DNA of 64,000 nucleotides from NCBI GenBank assembly GCA_963822965.1, contig CAWGJT010000010.1, positions 928,001 through 992,000 of the forward strand, read 5' to 3'. Shown one piece after another: positions 19,323 through 29,558 of the stretch (its first letter is position 1; every line of letters begins with the position of its first letter). The notes beneath the pieces are model-generated. The model was not told the origin of the DNA, did no database searches, and saw only the letters and a program-made list of their open reading frames with translations. The position numbers and the translations under genes were made by a program. Source of the DNA: an uncultured delta proteobacterium. GTDB lineage: Bacteria; Myxococcota_A; UBA9160; UBA4427.

Positions 19323-19674
19323 ATGGAGCTACTCGATCCCATACGAACTGAAGCACTACATCGACATCATCGTGCAGCCCATCCTCACGTTCGTGTACGA
19401 CTTCGGGAAGATGATGCACGTGGGCACGTCCCGAGGATCGCGAGTCGAAGACCGCGATCGTCTTCAGCCACCCGATCGGAGGGTCGGAAACGGGGCGGAT
19501 TCCGCGTGCGCGCCCGGCCACACCCATCGGCTCTACGAGGCGATCCCGCACTCCGACAAGGAGATCCACGAGATCGCGGGCGCGTCCCACTACTACATGG
19601 GGCAGCGCGAAGAGCTGGTGCAGTGCGTCGAGATCTACTCGCGCTGGCTCCGCGCGCACGGCCTCGACGGCTGA
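19323..19674 (+). pseudogene. Internally deleted, frameshifted alpha/beta hydrolase remnant
   Basis: N-terminal-type segment (SKTAIVFSHPIGG) joined out of frame to a C-terminal segment (NGADSAC...IAGASHYY); no nucleophile motif. Confidence 0.6.
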
Positions 19675-19775
19675 CGACTCGCCGAGCCGATCAGCTTCTT
19701 CGACTTCGATTGGACTTCTTCGATCGGGGCGGAATGATCTGTAGGCCATGTGCCCGGAATGGACCCTCTCCGGAG

Positions 19776-19828
19776 TGGCACGCCGGGAGGTCTTCGAGCC
19801 CCCGACCCTCAGGTTCGAAGCCTGATGC
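19776..19828 (-). repeat. tRNA-Arg(TCG) 3' fragment, copy 2 (att-like)
   Basis: Minus strand: TCAGG-CT-TCG-AA-CCTGA anticodon arm, GGGTC, degenerate T-arm, CCGGCGT-G-CCA. The 5' half (D-arm, acceptor) is absent. Confidence 0.8.
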
Positions 19829-19877
19829 GCCACTTCGCCGATCCTGCGAGCGGATGATCGGAGGCGGACAGGAAGAG

Positions 19878-19911
19878 GAAACGCCCGGAAGCCGTAGCCT
19901 CCGGGCGTTTC
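19878..19911 (-). terminator. Terminator-like hairpin downstream of tRNA-fMet
   Basis: Minus strand GAAACGCCCGGAGGC-TACG-GCTTCCGGGCGTTTC (cUACGg loop), followed by a pyrimidine run. Confidence 0.75.
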
Positions 19912-19931
19912 TGTTCTCGCTCTCGCGAAAG

Positions 19932-20008
<77 letters not shown>

Positions 20009-20022
20009 ATGAGCGGAGCGGG

Positions 20023-20050
20023 ATTATGGCACCCGGGTTTGGACTGTCAA
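20023..20050 (-). promoter_or_regulatory. Sigma70 promoter of tRNA-fMet
   Basis: TTGACA-16 nt-CATAAT followed by a GC-rich discriminator. Confidence 0.75.
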
Positions 20051-20151
20051 CGTTCGGGTTATCCATGCCAGTTGCATGCGCAACTGTGCGGAAAGTTGAG
20101 CTTTTTTGTAGTTTTATACCACAATGCTCCGAACAGGAGGCTCGATTTCCC

Positions 20152-20712
20152 ATGCGGAAGCTGATGAACGACCCCGTGATCCTCGCCGCGTTGGTGGCGA
20201 TCGCGGGACTTGCGGTTGCTGCTCCGACCCTGGCCGGCACGGTCTATAGCTGGACCACCGATGACGGCACGATGGCGTATACGGACGACGCCAAGCGGAT
20301 CCCGGCGAAGTACAAGGCGAAGGCCAAGCAGCGCCAGCTCGGGAAGCTGAAGAACTACGACCGCTTCACCGAGTCGCACGTGAAGTACGCAAAGCCCTAC
20401 GAGAAGCGCGTGGACGAACGGCTCGAGGCGCTGCGTCCGACGCCGCCCGCCGTCTCGGCGGCGCCGCCGGGCATGGTGGTGGGGGCGCCGCGGGTGCTGG
20501 GCGTCGGACTCCAGCGCGGGGACATCGACCAGCTGAACTTCCCGGTCGGTGAGCTGACGGACGAGCCGATCGTCACGTCGAACCACCGCATCCGGAGCCG
20601 CGACAGCATTGCGACCCAGGACGTCCAGATCACGAAGCAGGGCGACAAGGTCATCTCGGTCAGCATCTCGCCGCGGAACGAGCGCGGCGTGTCCGAGAAG
20701 GTCGACTACTAG
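20152..20712 (+). CDS. Secreted DUF4124-like protein
   Basis: RBS AGGAGG, signal peptide, VYSWTTDDGTMAYTD...IP motif. Confidence 0.75.
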   Translation: MRKLMNDPVILAALVAIAGLAVAAPTLAGTVYSWTTDDGTMAYTDDAKRIPAKYKAKAKQRQLGKLKNYDRFTESHVKYAKPYEKRVDERLEALRPTPPAVSAAPPGMVVGAPRVLGVGLQRGDIDQLNFPVGELTDEPIVTSNHRIRSRDSIATQDVQITKQGDKVISVSISPRNERGVSEKVDY

Positions 20713-20770
20713 GGTCGAGTCTCAGGGGGTCGACTCTCACGGGATCGACTCTCACGGGGTCGACTCCGGG
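20711..20770. repeat. 15-bp tandem repeat (~4 imperfect copies)
   Basis: Units AGGGTCGAGTCTCAG / GGGGTCGACTCTCAC / GGGATCGACTCTCAC / GGGGTCGACTCCGGG between convergent genes. Confidence 0.8.
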
Positions 20771-20823
20771 ACCCGGAGCGGATCCGCGGATTCGCCTGTG
20801 GGCCTTCGAGCGTCGCCGGTCGT

Positions 20824-21402
20824 CTAGTGGGACAGCCGGCGGCGCTCCCGCTCGTCATCACGCCGACTCGGGAGCCCGTGGGACGATCCCGACGCGCTGC
20901 GGCTCCCGCCGTCGGCCGCGGTGCCCTCGTCTTCGGCGGCGGGCGTCTCCTCGTCCGCGGAGCGGTCGGAGAGCCGGCGCGAGTGGCCGCTCGAGAAGCC
21001 CCGGGCCGCGGCGGCGGGCTGCTCGGTGGCAGCGGCCGCAGCCGGCGGCTCCACGTCGCGGAACCAGCCGGGCAGGGCGCCCGCGCGGCGGGCGACGTCG
21101 GGGAACTCGGCCAGCTCCTTCTCGGCGTCGGCGAGCTCTTCCTTCAACCGATTCATCTCCTTGACGAGGCCGGCCTTGCCTTCGCCGGTCAGGTCGCGCG
21201 TGCTGCGGGCGCGGCTGTAGTCCGCCAGGGCGGACTCGTAGTTGCTCTTCAGGGTGGCGGTGCGCGTGAGCAGCTCCTGGTAGCGCTGCACCCACTCCTC
21301 GCGTTTGGCGTCGTCGTCGCCGGCGAACGTGACGAAGGGCACGGCGAGGATCAGGACCGCCGCGACGACGGCCGCGGAGACGACCAGCAGGGGCTGCTTC
21401 AT
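20824..21402 (-). CDS. Exported coiled-coil hypothetical protein
   Basis: ATG 21402 overlapping the upstream stop; hydrophobic N-terminus, helical region, ARRAGALPGWFR motif. Confidence 0.65.
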   Translation of the reverse strand: MKQPLLVVSAAVVAAVLILAVPFVTFAGDDDAKREEWVQRYQELLTRTATLKSNYESALADYSRARSTRDLTGEGKAGLVKEMNRLKEELADAEKELAEFPDVARRAGALPGWFRDVEPPAAAAATEQPAAAARGFSSGHSRRLSDRSADEETPAAEDEGTAADGGSRSASGSSHGLPSRRDDERERRRLSH

Positions 21403-22181
21403 TGGAACACTCCTTCGGCACCCGGGGGCGCGGTTCGCTCGTAGATGAACTCGTCCAGGGTGCGGACGCTCGAGCTGTCGATCTCGACGAAACGGAGCCC
21501 GGCTCCGTCGCTCGCGTGTTGGGACTCGAAGCGGTTGCGGCACCAGACGACCTCGGCGCTCGGCGCCAGCATCACGTCGGACTCCGGCAGCCGGAAGCGC
21601 AGGCCCAGCTCGTCGGCGAAGACCAGCGGAACGTCGGTCTCGACGAAGGCGCCGCCGCGGGAGAGGTTGCGGAGCGTTCCCTTCACCTCCCGCTCGCCGG
21701 CGGTGACGGTGACCGGAACGTCGAGGGCCACCCGAGGCAGGCCTCGCAGCTGCGACCGGCCGAGCAGGCGGGTGACCGAATCGACCAGGGACAGGCGGGT
21801 GAGGGGCTTGGCGAGGACGTCCGTCGCGCCGGCCCGGATCGCGGCACCCCGCGCGCCCGCGCCCGGGTCGCTCGTGAGCATGACGAACGGGATGCGCTGC
21901 AGGTCGGGATCCCGCCGGATCGTGCGGCACAAGGCCGCCCCGTCCATGCCGGGCATGCAGTCGTCGCACAGGATGAGGTCGGGCTTCTCCCGCCAGGCGG
22001 CGGCGAGCCCCTCGTCGCCGCCGGCCGCGGTCACCACGCGCGCCGTGCGGGCGAGGAAGAGGGTGGCCAGCTCGCGCAGGTAGGGGACGTCGTCCACGAC
22101 GAGGACGGTGTACTCGAGGGCGCTCTCGCGCCGGGTCTCCTCGTCGTCGAGAATCGGCTTCGTGGCTGCCGGGTCGCTCAC
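21399..22181 (-). CDS. Response regulator receiver + PilZ domain protein
   Basis: Receiver motifs VLVVDD, DDCMPGMDG, LAKP; PilZ motifs RGLPR (RxxxR) and NLSRGG. Confidence 0.85.
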   Translation of the reverse strand: MSDPAATKPILDDEETRRESALEYTVLVVDDVPYLRELATLFLARTARVVTAAGGDEGLAAAWREKPDLILCDDCMPGMDGAALCRTIRRDPDLQRIPFVMLTSDPGAGARGAAIRAGATDVLAKPLTRLSLVDSVTRLLGRSQLRGLPRVALDVPVTVTAGEREVKGTLRNLSRGGAFVETDVPLVFADELGLRFRLPESDVMLAPSAEVVWCRNRFESQHASDGAGLRFVEIDSSSVRTLDEFIYERTAPPGAEGVFQ

Positions 22182-22222
22182 CTGCCCCTCCTGGCGCGGC
22201 GCGCCGGGCCGCCGGCGCGGTC

Positions 22223-22678
22223 TCAGCGTGCGGCGGACCGGCCGATCGCCTCGTCGAGACCCTTGAAGGTCGGCGAGACGTGCCACTGGTTGGTGAAATC
22301 GTTGCGCTTCCAGTGCTGGGTCTCGTGCACCTCCACCTCGAAGGGCCAGTCGGTGCGGTAGCCGTAGTAGACGACCTGCACGGTGCACTCGCCGGACTCG
22401 TCGAGGTCGACCGGCTCGGAGTCGTAGTCGGTGAAGCGGAAGTCCTTGAGGGGCGGCGCCACCCGCATGAACTCTTCGCGCTCCTCGGGCTGCACGTACT
22501 TCGCCGCCTTGTTGAAGGCGCTCCAGCGGATCAGGCTCGAGTAGCGCTTCTGCTGCTCCGTGAGCGCCACCTCCCGCAGCAACGGGTCGGTGATGTAGAT
22601 CTCGCCGAACGAGCAGGCGGTCGAGCTCACGGCGCCGAAGCCGAGGGCCAGGATCAGAACGAGCCGGTTGCGAAACAT
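22223..22678 (-). CDS. Putative lipoprotein
   Basis: MFRNRLVLILALGFGAVSSTAC lipobox-like signal. Confidence 0.65.
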   Translation of the reverse strand: MFRNRLVLILALGFGAVSSTACSFGEIYITDPLLREVALTEQQKRYSSLIRWSAFNKAAKYVQPEEREEFMRVAPPLKDFRFTDYDSEPVDLDESGECTVQVVYYGYRTDWPFEVEVHETQHWKRNDFTNQWHVSPTFKGLDEAIGRSAAR

Positions 22679-22934
22679 GCGTGCCTCCTGCGGCCTCCGC
22701 GAGCCGCAGCGGTGGCTGCAATCGCGGGTCGCCTCTTGCCTTTCTATCGGCCGCTGGTCCGGAAGCCTGAGGGCGGCACGCTCCCTCGCGGCCCGGGGGC
22801 TTTTCCGGCACCCTGGTTGCCGACGACCCAGGAGGCGCCCGCGGGGAAGGCCGGTCCGCCGCGCCGCCGCAGGGGCGACGGACGCCGGCCCGGGTACCGG
22901 GCCGGCGGGGCGGGGCACGGGGGATCGAGACGAC

Positions 22935-23906
22935 ATGGGCGACCTGCTGGTAGGGATCGACATCGGCGGTACCAAGATCGCCACGTCGGTCGGCGATCGA
23001 TCGGGCAGTGTGATCACGCACACGCGCCGTCCCACGGCCGGGCAGGGCGATCCCGAGCGGGACGTGGCGGCCCTGGCGAAGGACATCCGGGAGCTGGTCG
23101 AGAGCGCAGGAGCGCTGTCCGACGTGGCGGCCGTGGGCGTCTCGGCGCCCGGGCCCCTGGATCCCACCGGGCGACGGCTGCTGGATCCGCCGAACCTGGC
23201 GGGCTGGGAGGACGTGCCCCTGGCCGAGTGGCTGGAGGACGCCCTGGGAGCCCGCGTCTTCCTCGAGAACGACGCCAACGCGGCGGCCGTCGCCGAGTGG
23301 CGCTTCGGCGCCGGTCGCGGCTTCGACGACGTCGTGTACCTCACCATGTCCACCGGGGTCGGCGGCGGCCTCGTCCTGGGCGGTCGGCTGTATCGGGGCG
23401 TGGGCCGCGGCGCGGGAGAGGTGGGTCACATGCGGGTCTGCTGGGATGAGGACGCCGAGGTGTGCAGCTGCGGCCGGCGCGGATGCCTGGAGGCCTACGT
23501 GGGTGGCGCCTCCTGGAGCCGGCGGCTCCAGCGGATCACGCCGAAGGACAGCCGCGCGGCGGAGCTGGCCGGCGGCGTCGAGCACGTCACCCCGAAGCAC
23601 GTGGTGCCGGCGGCCCGGGAGGGCGACGCCTTCGCGCTCGCCGAGATGGACCGCTTCAACCGCTACCTGGCCCGCGGCATCGTGAATCTGGGCTTCGTGC
23701 TCGCGCCCCAGCGGGTGGTGCTCGGCACCATCGCCGTGGCGGCGGGCGACCTGTGCTTCGTCCCGGTGCGGCGGGCGGTCAAAGAGCACCTCTGGGACGT
23801 GCTGGAGGCCGGGCTGCAGATCGTGCCCGCGGAGCTCGGCGACGCGCTGCCGGACCGGGCGGGTCTCGGCGTGGCACTCGAGGCCCTGCGCGAGACGGAC
23901 GCCTGA
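22935..23906 (+). CDS. ROK family sugar kinase (glucokinase-like)
   Basis: GIDIGGTK, ENDANAAA, STGVGGG, GEVGH, CSCGRRGCLE. Confidence 0.92.
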   Translation: MGDLLVGIDIGGTKIATSVGDRSGSVITHTRRPTAGQGDPERDVAALAKDIRELVESAGALSDVAAVGVSAPGPLDPTGRRLLDPPNLAGWEDVPLAEWLEDALGARVFLENDANAAAVAEWRFGAGRGFDDVVYLTMSTGVGGGLVLGGRLYRGVGRGAGEVGHMRVCWDEDAEVCSCGRRGCLEAYVGGASWSRRLQRITPKDSRAAELAGGVEHVTPKHVVPAAREGDAFALAEMDRFNRYLARGIVNLGFVLAPQRVVLGTIAVAAGDLCFVPVRRAVKEHLWDVLEAGLQIVPAELGDALPDRAGLGVALEALRETDA

Positions 23907-23921
23907 GCGGGGCTCCTGCGC

Positions 23922-25728
23922 TCAGCGCCACTCGATGGGCGGCGCGGACGAGCCGCCTCCCGCGAAGCCGCTGGGTGCCACCTCGAAGCGCGCGAGCTCC
24001 GAGACGATGGTCGCGGCGCTGTCGCGCAGCTCGGTCAGCATGGCGTTCACCTGGGGAATCTGCTCGCCGCTCTTCCGGGCGTTCTCGAGCAGGCGCATCA
24101 CGGCGTCGCCGACGGCGTCGCTGGCCTGGGCGTGCTCGCCGGTGTTCTCCTTGATGCCCTGGATCATCTCGGTGATCTGCGCGATCGCCTGGGTGATGTA
24201 GCGACCGGTGTCCCGCTGCTCGTCGATGGAGCGGTACACCTGCTTGCACAGCTCCAGGGCCGCCTCGGAGTTCTTCATCATCTGCTCGCTGGCCCGGCTC
24301 TGCTCGGACATGGCGGTCGTGATCTGCTGCACCTGGCTGGAGGTCTCCTGGGCGGCACGGGCCACCATCGCCGAGGTGCGCGTCTGCTCCTCGGCGGCCC
24401 GGGCGATCTCCGCCACGCGGCGGCTCGACTCGGCTGCCGAGTCGCGGATGGTGTCCAGCGAGCGCCCCGCGAGACGCGACCGGCTCACCCCCTGCTCGAT
24501 GGCCTCGATGCCGGCGCTCATCGACGTCATGGCGCTGTCGGATTCCGCCTCCACCGCGTGCAGCAGCTGCTCGATCCCCTTCGTGCTGGCGGCGGTCCGC
24601 TGGGCGAGCACCTTCACGTGGTTGGCGACCACGAGGAAGGCCTTGCCCTGCTCGCCGGCCTGGGCGGCGATGATGGCGGCGTTGAGCGAGAGCAGGTTCG
24701 TCTCGTCGTTGATCTCGCCGATCACGCCCAGGATGTCGGCGATCTCGCCGATGCGTCCCACCAGCTTCTCGAGCTTCTTGCGCGCGTCGTTGGTGAGCGC
24801 GTGGATGCGTTCGATGTCCCGGATCGTCTCGCTCACCGCCTGGGAGCCGTTCTCGGCGCCGCTGCTCACCTTCTCGCTGAGGGTCGAGGCCTCCTTGACG
24901 TGACCGTCGACCTCGCGCACGGCGCGGTCCATCTGGATCATGGAGGCCGCGGTCTCCTCGGCGATCCGCTGCACGCTCTCGGCGCTGTGGGCCACCTGGC
25001 GCATGTTGGCGCTCATCTCGTGGACCGCGGAGGTGGAGCTGTCCACGGCGTCCTGGAGGGCGCCGGCGTTGCGGCCGACCTCCTCGACGGAGCTTCCCAT
25101 CTGGAGGATCGACGACGCGCTCTCCTCGGCGGCTCGCGCGAGGTTCTCCACCCGCTCGTTGATGTTGCGGATCGAGCTGTTGATGTTGGCCATCAGCGAG
25201 GCGGACTCCTCGACGGCCTCCTCCTGGTCCTCGGCGCTGCGGTCGATCTCCGCCAGGGCCCCGGTGATGCGCTCGGGCAGGTCCTGCACCCGGCTGACGA
25301 TGGCGAGCACCCGATGCGCCACGACGCCCAGGGCGTCGAAGATTCCGTTGAAGCTCTCGCCGATCGACCCGGAAGCCACCGAGCCGCTCGGCGTCGATCG
25401 CGACGCAGCTGGGATCCCGCGTCCAGCTGTCGGGCCGCGCGCGTCAGCTCGTCCAGGAAGGCGAGCGTGCGCGAGACGCGCTGGGCGGTGACGAATCCGC
25501 TGAGCGGCGGCGACCCCCGCCACCGCGAGCGCGGGCACCACCCAGCCGCCCGTCCAGTGTCGCCCCAGGGCCATGGCGACGCCGCCGAGGGCGACGCCCA
25601 CCGCTCCCCCGATCGCGGACTCCAGGCGGATGCGCGAGAGCCCGGAGCCGGCGGACGCCGCTTCGGATCGGGGTGCGTTCCCGGCCGGGGAGGGCGCTTG
25701 CGGCGCGTCGAGGGGGAGCTTCTGCCAT
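23922..25728 (-). CDS. Methyl-accepting chemotaxis protein (frameshifts in the 5' part)
   Basis: [26 protein letters not shown] signalling hairpin. N-terminal TM region is split across frames; start approximate. Confidence 0.85.
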
Positions 25729-25781
25729 CGCGGTGCACATCGGTCGCGTGCGAATCCGGCTTGAGGCAGGGATCCCGGCCT

Positions 25782-26954
25782 TCAGTCGGCGCGCCGGCCC
25801 TCGCTGGCCTCGAGCTCGCGGCGAAGCGCCGCCAGCGATCCCGCCTCCACGGCCCGCCGGGCCTCCTCGAGCAGCCGCAGGTAGAAGCGCAGGTTGTGCA
25901 GCGTGGCGAGCCGGGCGCCGAGCGTCTCGTCGATGTGGAGCAGGTGGCGCAGGTACGCGCGCGAGTGACGCGCTGCAGGTGGGGCAGTCGCATCCCTCCT
26001 CGGGCGGGCGGGGGTCGTCCTTGTAGCGTGCGTTCTTGATGTGAACCCGCCCGCTGCGGGTGAAGAGCACCCCATGGCGACCGTTGCGCGTCGGGACGAC
26101 GCAGTCGAACAGGTCGACCCCCGCCGCGACGCCGTCCAGCAGGTCGACGGGCCTTCCCAGCCCCATCAGGTAGCGCGGGGCGTCGGCCGGGATCTCCTCG
26201 TTCGCGGCCTCCACCATGTCGGCTCGCTGGCGCGCGCTCCTCCCCCAGGCCGAGTCCGCCGTGGGCGTAGCCGTCGAACCCGATGGCAACGGTCTCCGCG
26301 TGCGGACCGGCGCCGCAGGCCCGCGTCCACGCCGCCCTGCACGATGCCGAAGAGGGCGGTCCGCGCGCCGGCGCCGGGCCCGGCTGCGCGCGCTCCGCCC
26401 AGCGCAGGGAGCGATCCGTCGCCACCTCGATGCGCCGGCGCGTCGCGTCGCGTTCGGCCTCGGCTGGACGACACCGGGACGTGACACTCGTCGAGCACCA
26501 TGGCGATGTCCGAGCCGAGGGCCTCCTGGATGGCGACCACGCTCTCGGGGGTGAGCAGCCGCCGGCGTCCGTCGAGGGGCGACGAGAACGTGACGCCCTC
26601 CTCGGCGATCTCCACCCGGTCGGCCAGGGAGCTCACCTGGTAGCCGCCGCTGTCGGTCAGCCAGGGACCCCGCCAGCCGGTGAACCCGTGCAGGCCGCCC
26701 TGACTGCGGACGATGTCCTCGCCGGGGCGCTCGTGCAGGTGGTAGGTGTTGGCGAGCAGGATCTGGGCGCCGATGCCGGCGAGGTCGTCGGGGTCGACGC
26801 CGCGGACCGCGCCGTAGGTCGCGACGCACATGAAGGTGGGGGTCGCGACGCTGCCGTGGGGCGTCACGAGTCGGCCCGCCCGGGCGGCGCCGTCCCGCGC
26901 CTCGAGCCGGAAGGTCGTCGGTGCCTCGGGGGTCTCGCGTGTCTCCGCCGACAT
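25782..26954 (-). CDS. tgt: tRNA-guanine transglycosylase (several frameshifts)
   Basis: [55 protein letters not shown] spread over several frames. Confidence 0.92.
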
Positions 26955-26959
26955 GTCGC

Positions 26960-28029
26960 TCACGCGATCCACATGGCGTCGCCGTAGGAGAAGAAGCGAT
27001 AGCCCCGGTCGACGGCCTCGCGATAGGCGGCGAGCACGGAGTCGCGCCCCGCGAAGGCGGCGACGAGCAGGAGCAGCGACGAGCGCGGCAGGTGGAAGTT
27101 CGTGAGCAGCGCGTCCACCACGCGGAAGCGGCCCCCCGGCCGCAGGAAGAGGCGGGTCTCGCCTTCCCCCGGCTCGACGCGCCCCGCCTCCCGCGCCCGG
27201 GCCTCGAGCACGCGCGTCGTCGTGGTGCCGACGGCCACCACCCGGCCGCCACGCTGCCGGGTCTCGTCGATGGCCCGTGCGGTCTCGCGGGCAGCTCGAA
27301 GCGCTCGGCGTGGAGGCGACCGGTCTGCAGCTGCTCGTCCCGGAGCGGCTTGAAGGTGCCGGCGCCCACGTGGAGCACCACCTCGGCTCGGCGGACACCG
27401 GTGCGCTCGATCGCCGCCAGCAGCGATTCGCCGAGGTGCAGGCCGGCGGTGGGCGCCGCGACGGCGCCCGGCACCCGGGCAAAGACGGTCTGGTAGCGCT
27501 CGCGGTCGAGGGCTTCGGGGGCCTGCGCCTCGCCCCGACGCTCGATGTAGGGCGGCAGCGGCGGGCGACCCACGCGGTAGGGATCCGCGCCGGGCGGGAA
27601 GGCGAGCAGCACCTCCCCGTCGTCGCACAGCTCGACGATCTCGCTCTCGACCGAGCCGGTCCCGGGCTCGTCGTGGAACACGAGCTTGATGCCCGGGCGC
27701 AGCCGGCCCGAGATCTTCAGGAAGGCGCGGTAGCGGGTGGATGCCTCGCGCGCCGCGTCGGGTGCCGGGGCGAGCAGCAGCGCCTCGGCCGCGCCCCCGC
27801 TCTCGCGCCGGCCGACGAGCTTCGCCGGCAGCACGCGCGTCGCGTTCACCACCAGCAGGTCGTCGGGGCGGAGCAGGCGGGGCAGGGCGCGAATCGAGTC
27901 GTGCCGCACGGCGCCGCTCTTCCGATCGAGACACAGCAGCTTCGAGTCGTCGCGGCGGGGCAGCGGCGCCTGCGCGATGCGGTCCGGGGGAAGCGCGAAG
28001 TCGTAGCGGTCGAGGTCGAGCTCGCTCAC
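26960..28029 (-). CDS. queA: S-adenosylmethionine:tRNA ribosyltransferase-isomerase (one frameshift ~27290)
   Basis: [54 protein letters not shown]. Confidence 0.95.
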
Positions 28030-29384
28030 GGGCTCGCTCCGCCAGCGCCCGGGTCGGGAGCAGCGGGTGCGGCCGGCGTCCGGGGGGCGTCCGCGCGCAG
28101 CGCGGCCAGCAGGGCCGGCGTCTCCAGCAGGGCGTCGTAGGAGAAGAGGGCCTCGCCGGCACTCCCCGCGGCGCGAATCGTCTCGAGCTGGGCCAGGGCG
28201 CGTCGGGGGTTGCGGGCGAAGAGCCAGGTGCCCGTGCCCATCCAGATCCGCGCATGCTGGGGCAGGGCGGCGAACGACTCCACCTGGTAGCGGAAGAGAC
28301 GGTCGTCGAGCGTGTAGATCATGGGCACCGCGAAGTCGAGGAGCCCGTCCTCGATCCAGCCGCGCCAGTCCTGGGCCAGGCTCAGGTAGGCGCGGTCCGC
28401 ATAGGCGATGACCGCGGCCGAGACGAGCAGGTCGGCGTGGTTCGCGAGCACGGCGCGTCGGATCTCGCGCACCAGCGCGGTCACCTGGTCGCGCCGCCAG
28501 TCGTCCCAGGCGTTCTCGTGGGTGAGCGGGCTCGTGTTCGGGTCCGCGGGATTCCCGTAGGGTCCGTTCAGTCCCGTCTCCGCCCGGAAGCGATTGCGGC
28601 TGGCCTGGCCGTAGCCGAAGTCGAGCCCGACGCCGAAGCGGGAGCCCGGCGCGAAGGGCAGGACGCCGGGGTAGCGGATGTAGTCGAGGTGGAGCCCGTC
28701 GAGATCGGGGTAGCGGTCGACCAGCTCGACGAAGGTGGCCACCAGCCGCTCGCGGACCCCCGGCGCCGCCGGATCGAGGTACAGGCCCGGGGTTCCCATG
28801 CGGTACCAGGCGCGGTCCGGGCTCGGAAGCTCGCCGCCGGGATAGTCGAGCAGCGAGCGGCCACGGCGATCGACCAGCACCGCCTCGTCGCCCAGGTCGC
28901 GCACGATCGGCGCCTCGCGGTTCTGGTTGAGCGACAGCACGTTCACCCAGGCGTGCACGCGCAGGCCGGCGGCGTGGGCGGCGTCGAGCATGCGACGCAG
29001 GGGATCCCCGCCCGTGCGCTCGACGATGGCGCGGTAGGGGGTCGCGTCCGCCAGGCTCGCGTCGTACCAGGCGCGCCCGCTGCGATAGACCTGGACGAAC
29101 AGGTCGGTCGCACCGACCTCGCGGGCGTGGGTGACGAGGGCGTCGATGCGCCCGGGCTCGTCGAGGGTCTGCGCCGAGCCTTCGCACAGCACCCACAAGG
29201 CGCGGAACGTCGGGGGCGGAGGCGCTGCGACCGGGGCGGGCGGGGCGTCGGCGGAAGGGGGCGCAGGTCGATCGCAGCCCGCGATCGTCGAGCAGAGGCA
29301 GGCGACGACCAGGGGGAGCCACGGGTGGGCAAGGGCCGCGCTCAAGTGGCGCCGCGAGCGGGCGATGGAGAGAGCTGTGCGCAA
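28026..29384 (-). CDS. GHL10 (DUF187, YddW/DigH-like) glycoside hydrolase lipoprotein
   Basis: Lipobox [41 protein letters not shown]. Start uncertain. Confidence 0.8.
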   Translation of the reverse strand: MRTALSIARSRRHLSAALAHPWLPLVVACLCSTIAGCDRPAPPSADAPPAPVAAPPPPTFRALWVLCEGSAQTLDEPGRIDALVTHAREVGATDLFVQVYRSGRAWYDASLADATPYRAIVERTGGDPLRRMLDAAHAAGLRVHAWVNVLSLNQNREAPIVRDLGDEAVLVDRRGRSLLDYPGGELPSPDRAWYRMGTPGLYLDPAAPGVRERLVATFVELVDRYPDLDGLHLDYIRYPGVLPFAPGSRFGVGLDFGYGQASRNRFRAETGLNGPYGNPADPNTSPLTHENAWDDWRRDQVTALVREIRRAVLANHADLLVSAAVIAYADRAYLSLAQDWRGWIEDGLLDFAVPMIYTLDDRLFRYQVESFAALPQHARIWMGTGTWLFARNPRRALAQLETIRAAGSAGEALFSYDALLETPALLAALRADAPRTPAAPAAPDPGAGGASP

Positions 29385-29558
29385 AGCGCGGGAACCCTAC
29401 CGGAGGGCCCGAGGGGGAACAAACCGCCCGGGCGCCGAAGCCGTCGAGGACGTCGCGATTTGGAGACGGGAGCCCGCTCGTACAAACTGCTGGGACGCCT
29501 CAGGCTTCGCGGGACCCGATCATCTGGTCCCCCGAAGCCCGCAAGAGCCGGGAGAGGA

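Noticed and set aside
19776..19860. Second functional tRNA gene
   Set aside because: No D-arm or 5' acceptor strand upstream, and the T-arm is degenerate.
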